DNA of 64,000 nucleotides from Polyangia bacterium (GTDB lineage Bacteria; Myxococcota_A; Polyangia; Palsa-1104; JAEUJZ01): NCBI GenBank assembly GCA_046351595.1, contig JAXLYE010000004.1, positions 513,219 to 577,218 of the forward strand, read 5' to 3'. Shown piece by piece: positions 60,469 to 64,000 of this stretch (position 1 is its first letter; each line of letters starts with the position of its first letter). The notes under the pieces were generated by a model. It saw only the letters and a program-made list of their open reading frames with translations, ran no database searches and was not told where the DNA came from. The position numbers and the translations under genes were made by a program.

Positions 60469-63400
60469 ATGAGCACCGCGACGACGATGAAGCCTCGACC
60501 CCGGTATGACCTGGCCGCCCGCTGCGGCGCCTTCCCCTTCCTGCGCGCGCTCGCCGAGCGGGTGCTGGTGTGTGACGGCGCCATGGGCACGATGCTGCAG
60601 CGCGCGCACCTTGTCCCCGAGGACTTCCTGGGCCTGGACGGCTGCAACGAGATCCTGTGCGACTCGCGGCCCGACGTGGTCGCCGCCGTGCACCGCGCCT
60701 ACTTCGAGGCCGGCGCCGACCTGGTCGAGACCAACACCTTCGGCAGCACGCCTCTGGTGCTGGCCGAGTACGGCCTCGCCGACCGCGCCTATGAGCTGTC
60801 GAAGAAGGCCGCCGAGCTCGCGCGCAAGGAGGCCGACGCGCTGTCGACGCCGTCCTGGCCGCGCTTCGTCTCGGGGGCGGTGGGGCCGACGACCAAGCTG
60901 GTGTCGCTGCAGCACATAAGCTACGACGACCTGTTCGCCTCGTTCGTGACCCAGATCCGCGGCCTCATCGACGGCGGCTCGGACGTCATCCAGATCGAGA
61001 CGGCGCAGGACCTCCTGGGCGTAAAGTGCGCGGTGCTGGCGGCGCGGCGGGCCATGGAGATCTCGGGCCGCGAGCTGCCGATCATCACGCAGGTGACCAT
61101 CGAGACCACCGGCACCATGCTGGTCGGCACCGAGATCGCGGCGGCGCTGCCGGCGCTGGAGGCGCTGGACGTCGACGTCATCGGCCTGAACTGCGCCACC
61201 GGCCCGGATCTGATGCACGAGCACGTGCGCTACCTGGGCGAGAGCTCGGCGCGCTTCGTCAGCGTCCTGCCCAACGCCGGCCTGCCGCGCAACGTCGGCG
61301 GCGTCGCCACGTATGACCTCTTGCCGGAGATGCTGGCCGAGTTCCACGAGCGCTTCGTCAAGGACTACGGCGTGTCGCTGGTCGGCGGCTGCTGCGGCAC
61401 CACGCCGGCCCACATCGCGGCGGTGCGCAAGCGGCTGGCCGGGGAGGGCGGCAGGCTGCCGCAGACGCGGTCGCGCCCGGGGACCTCGCGCTTCGCGGGC
61501 CAGGCCAGCTCGTTATACCTGGCCAACTCGCTGTCGCAGGATCCGCCGCCGCTCATCATCGGCGAGCGCTCGAACGCCAACGGCTCGAAGAAGTTCCGCG
61601 AGCTGCTCTTGCGCGAGGACTTCGAGGGGCTGGTCGAGATCGGGCGCGAGCAGGTGGCCGAGGGCGCGCACCTGGTCGACGTCTGCGTCGCCTACGTCGG
61701 GCGCGACGAGGTGCGCGACATGCGCGAGGTGCTGCGCCGCTACAGCACGCAGATCACGCTGCCTCTGTGCATCGACAGCACGCAGCTCGACGTGCTCGAG
61801 GTGGCGCTCAAGCACCTGGGCGGGCGCGCGGTCATAAACTCCGTGAACCTGGAGGACGGCGAGGAGCGGGCGGACCGGATCTGCGCCCTGGCGCGCGAGT
61901 ACGGCGCCGCGCTCATCGCGCTCACCATCGATGAAGAGGGCATGGCCAAGACCGGCGAGCGCAAGGTCGCGGTGGCCAGGCGGCTCTACGACATCGCGGT
62001 CGGTCGCTGGGGGCTGGCGCCGTCGGCGCTCCTGTTCGATCCGCTGACGTTCACGATCGCCTCGGGGGATGAGGACTCGCGCGACGCGGCGATCCAGACG
62101 CTCAACGGCATCCGCGGGATCAAAGAGGCGCTGCCCGGCGTCGGCACGCTGCTCGGCGTGTCCAACGTCAGCTTCGGCCTGAAGCCGTACGCGCGGCAGG
62201 TGCTGAACTCGGTGTTCCTGTCCGAGGCGATCCTGCATGGGCTGGATGCGGCGATCGTCAGCCCGGCCAAGATCCTGCCGCTGTCGAAGCTCTCGCCCGA
62301 GGAGGTGGACCTGGCGCGCGATCTCGTCTACGACCGCCGCCAGCCGGGCTATGACCCGCTGTTCAAGTTCATCGAGCGCTTCACCAAGGAGGCGGGGGAG
62401 GGCGCGGGCGCGGCGAGTGATGCGGCGGCGGGCGCGTCGCTGCCCATCGAAGAGCGGCTGCAGCAGCGCATCATCGACGGCAAGAAGATCGGCATCGACA
62501 AGCTGCTGGAGGAGGCGCTAAACAGCGGCTATAAGCCCCTTGAGATCATCAACGGCGTGCTCCTCAAGGGCATGAAGACCGTCGGCGATCTGTTCGGCTC
62601 GGGGCAGATGCAGCTGCCGTTCGTGCTGCAGTCGGCCGAGACCATGAAGGCGGCGGTCGCGTACCTGGAGCCGTTCATGGAGAAGCTCGAGGGCAACGAG
62701 AAGGGCGTCATCGTGCTGGCGACGGTGAAGGGCGACGTGCACGACATCGGCAAGAACCTGGTCGACATCATCCTGTCGAACAACGGCTACCGGGTCGTGA
62801 ACCTTGGCATCAAGCAGCCGGCGGACACCATCCTGGAGGCGGCGGAGAAGAACAAGGCCGACGCCATCGGCCTGTCGGGCCTGTTGGTGAAGTCCACGGT
62901 GGTGATGAAGGAGAACCTGGAGCTCATGTCGAGCCGCGGCATCTCGATCCCGGTGCTGTGCGGCGGCGCGGCGCTGACCCGCGGCTACGTCGAGGGCGCG
63001 CTGACCGAGGCCTACCGCACCGGCGAGGTGTACTACGGGCTGGACGCCTTCACGGGGCTGAAGCTGATGGACGAGCTGTGCGGGCACGTGCCCAAGGATC
63101 AGCGGCTCCTGACCGGCCCCGGGCGCAAGCGGCTGGCGGGGCGCAGCGCGCGGGATCAGATCGGGCGGCGCGCCGAAGGCCAGAACGGGAACGGCGGCGG
63201 CAACGGGGGCGCGCCGTCGGCCGCTTCGCCGGTGGGCAGCGCGCTCGGACCGGCGATGACGCGGGCCGAGAAGGAAGAGGCGGCGCTGCAGCTGGCGTAT
63301 ACCTACGCGCCGTCCGACGTGCAGCCGGCCGAGCACATCCCGGCGCCGCCGTTCTGGGGCGCGCAGGTGCTCGCGGGCGCGGACCTGAACCTGCGCGAGA

Positions 63401-64000
63401 TCTTCGGCTACATCAACCGCCGCGTGCTGTTCCGCGGCCAGTGGCAGTACCGGCGCGGCCGGCGCTCGGAAGAAGAGTACCGCCACTTCATCACCGAGAC
63501 CGTCGAGCCCAAGTTCTACAGGTGGTGCGAGCGCGCCATCGAGCGGCGGCACCTGAAGCCCAAGGCGCTGTACGGCTACTTCCCGTGCTACTCGCACGAG
63601 AACGATCTGGTGGTGCTATACCCGCCGGGGCACCCGCGCGCCTTCGAGGAGGCCGAGCGCTTCACCTTCCCGCGGCAGCCGCAGGGGCGGCGGCTGTGCA
63701 TCTCGGACTTCTTCCGCAAGAAGGAGCTGGCCGAGGCGACGGGCACGGGGGCCGCGGGCCAGTACGACGTGCTCGGGGTGTCGCTGGTGACCATGGGCGA
63801 GACGCCGTCGCAGGTCGGGGCCGAGCTGTTCCAGAAGGCGCGCTACGACGACTACCTGCACTTCCACGGGCTGGCGGTCGAGGCCACCGAGGCGCTGGCG
63901 GAGCTCATCCACCGCCGCATGCGGCACGAGCTCGGCATCGCCCACGCGGACGCGCCGCTCATCGAGCAGCTGTTCAGCCAGGGCTACCAGGGCAGCCGCT
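60469..64000 (+). CDS. metH: Cobalamin-dependent methionine synthase (5' 3.5 kb; continues beyond the window end).
   Basis: Manual translation from ATG 60469: MSTATTMKPRPRYDLAARCGAFPFLRALAERVLVCDGAMGTMLQ...GCNEILCDSRPDVVAAVHRAYFEAGADLVETNTFG (Hcy-binding domain). Later ...GYQGSR at the window end. There is no stop in the window, so it is not listed in the ORF track. Confidence 0.9.
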   Translation, partial: MSTATTMKPRPRYDLAARCGAFPFLRALAERVLVCDGAMGTMLQRAHLVPEDFLGLDGCNEILCDSRPDVVAAVHRAYFEAGADLVETNTFGSTPLVLAEYGLADRAYELSKKAAELARKEADALSTPSWPRFVSGAVGPTTKLVSLQHISYDDLFASFVTQIRGLIDGGSDVIQIETAQDLLGVKCAVLAARRAMEISGRELPIITQVTIETTGTMLVGTEIAAALPALEALDVDVIGLNCATGPDLMHEHVRYLGESSARFVSVLPNAGLPRNVGGVATYDLLPEMLAEFHERFVKDYGVSLVGGCCGTTPAHIAAVRKRLAGEGGRLPQTRSRPGTSRFAGQASSLYLANSLSQDPPPLIIGERSNANGSKKFRELLLREDFEGLVEIGREQVAEGAHLVDVCVAYVGRDEVRDMREVLRRYSTQITLPLCIDSTQLDVLEVALKHLGGRAVINSVNLEDGEERADRICALAREYGAALIALTIDEEGMAKTGERKVAVARRLYDIAVGRWGLAPSALLFDPLTFTIASGDEDSRDAAIQTLNGIRGIKEALPGVGTLLGVSNVSFGLKPYARQVLNSVFLSEAILHGLDAAIVSPAKILPLSKLSPEEVDLARDLVYDRRQPGYDPLFKFIERFTKEAGEGAGAASDAAAGASLPIEERLQQRIIDGKKIGIDKLLEEALNSGYKPLEIINGVLLKGMKTVGDLFGSGQMQLPFVLQSAETMKAAVAYLEPFMEKLEGNEKGVIVLATVKGDVHDIGKNLVDIILSNNGYRVVNLGIKQPADTILEAAEKNKADAIGLSGLLVKSTVVMKENLELMSSRGISIPVLCGGAALTRGYVEGALTEAYRTGEVYYGLDAFTGLKLMDELCGHVPKDQRLLTGPGRKRLAGRSARDQIGRRAEGQNGNGGGNGGAPSAASPVGSALGPAMTRAEKEEAALQLAYTYAPSDVQPAEHIPAPPFWGAQVLAGADLNLREIFGYINRRVLFRGQWQYRRGRRSEEEYRHFITETVEPKFYRWCERAIERRHLKPKALYGYFPCYSHENDLVVLYPPGHPRAFEEAERFTFPRQPQGRRLCISDFFRKKELAEATGTGAAGQYDVLGVSLVTMGETPSQVGAELFQKARYDDYLHFHGLAVEATEALAELIHRRMRHELGIAHADAPLIEQLFSQGYQGSR

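Noticed and set aside
60298-62238. Minus-strand ORFs opposite metH (60298..61413, 61513..62238).
   Set aside because: Antisense to a gene with unmistakable MetH motifs.

Overview
This is a high-GC (about 70%) window from a myxobacterial chromosome. The phylum call rests on a MYXO-CTERM sorting tail on one protein, abundant Ser/Thr-kinase signalling, a collagen-like lipoprotein and an Mx162-style retron reverse transcriptase with a long N-terminal extension. Gene content, left to right, is as follows.

- 1-2.2 kb: a retron-type reverse transcriptase (NAxxH, QGxxxSP, YADD and VTG motifs) preceded by a roughly 190-bp tandemly duplicated non-coding segment with conserved hairpins, which is the msr/msd candidate.
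- 2.2-7.2 kb: an operon of a giant tandem class-III nucleotidyl-cyclase/AAA ATPase/TPR protein and a V4R/XylR-N-like sensor protein.
- 7.3-7.6 kb: the C-terminal fragment of a sedolisin (peptidase S53) gene carrying the catalytic GTSASTP serine.
- 7.6-24.8 kb: a compositionally patchy accessory segment. It holds an EF-hand-like hypothetical, a low-GC STAS-like gene, an FG-GAP propeller protein and a terpene-synthase-like protein. Its centrepiece is a cluster of a caspase-like (C14) protein, a CHAT protease-like protein, a novel-STAND NTPase with WD40 repeats and a zinc phospholipase C/P1-nuclease-like protein, a candidate NTP-dependent conflict or programmed-cell-death system.
- 24.8-26.4 kb: the N-terminal part of a sedolisin gene that lacks the catalytic-serine segment. 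This is the complementary half of the 7.3 kb fragment, suggesting the 17-kb segment sits inside a disrupted S53 gene.
- 26.7-64 kb: a collagen-like lipoprotein with a duplicated Cys-rich domain, a VWA/MYXO-CTERM surface protein, a 708-aa internally duplicated protein of unknown function, DppA (M55), a tandem CBM21 lipoprotein, a sterol-desaturase-family gene with a divergent TetR, a FAD monooxygenase with a divergent MarR, a cupin, a CHASE3 protein translationally coupled to a Ser/Thr kinase fused to a periplasmic solute-binding domain, a DUF4246-like protein, an XRE regulator, an outer-membrane cluster (porin-like barrel, lipoprotein, TonB-dependent receptor, NHL-repeat propeller), a dienelactone hydrolase, several intergenic repeat arrays, and the 5' 3.5 kb of metH. 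metH runs off the window and is absent from the ORF track.

Many long alternate-frame or antisense ORFs in the track are GC artefacts and were ignored.
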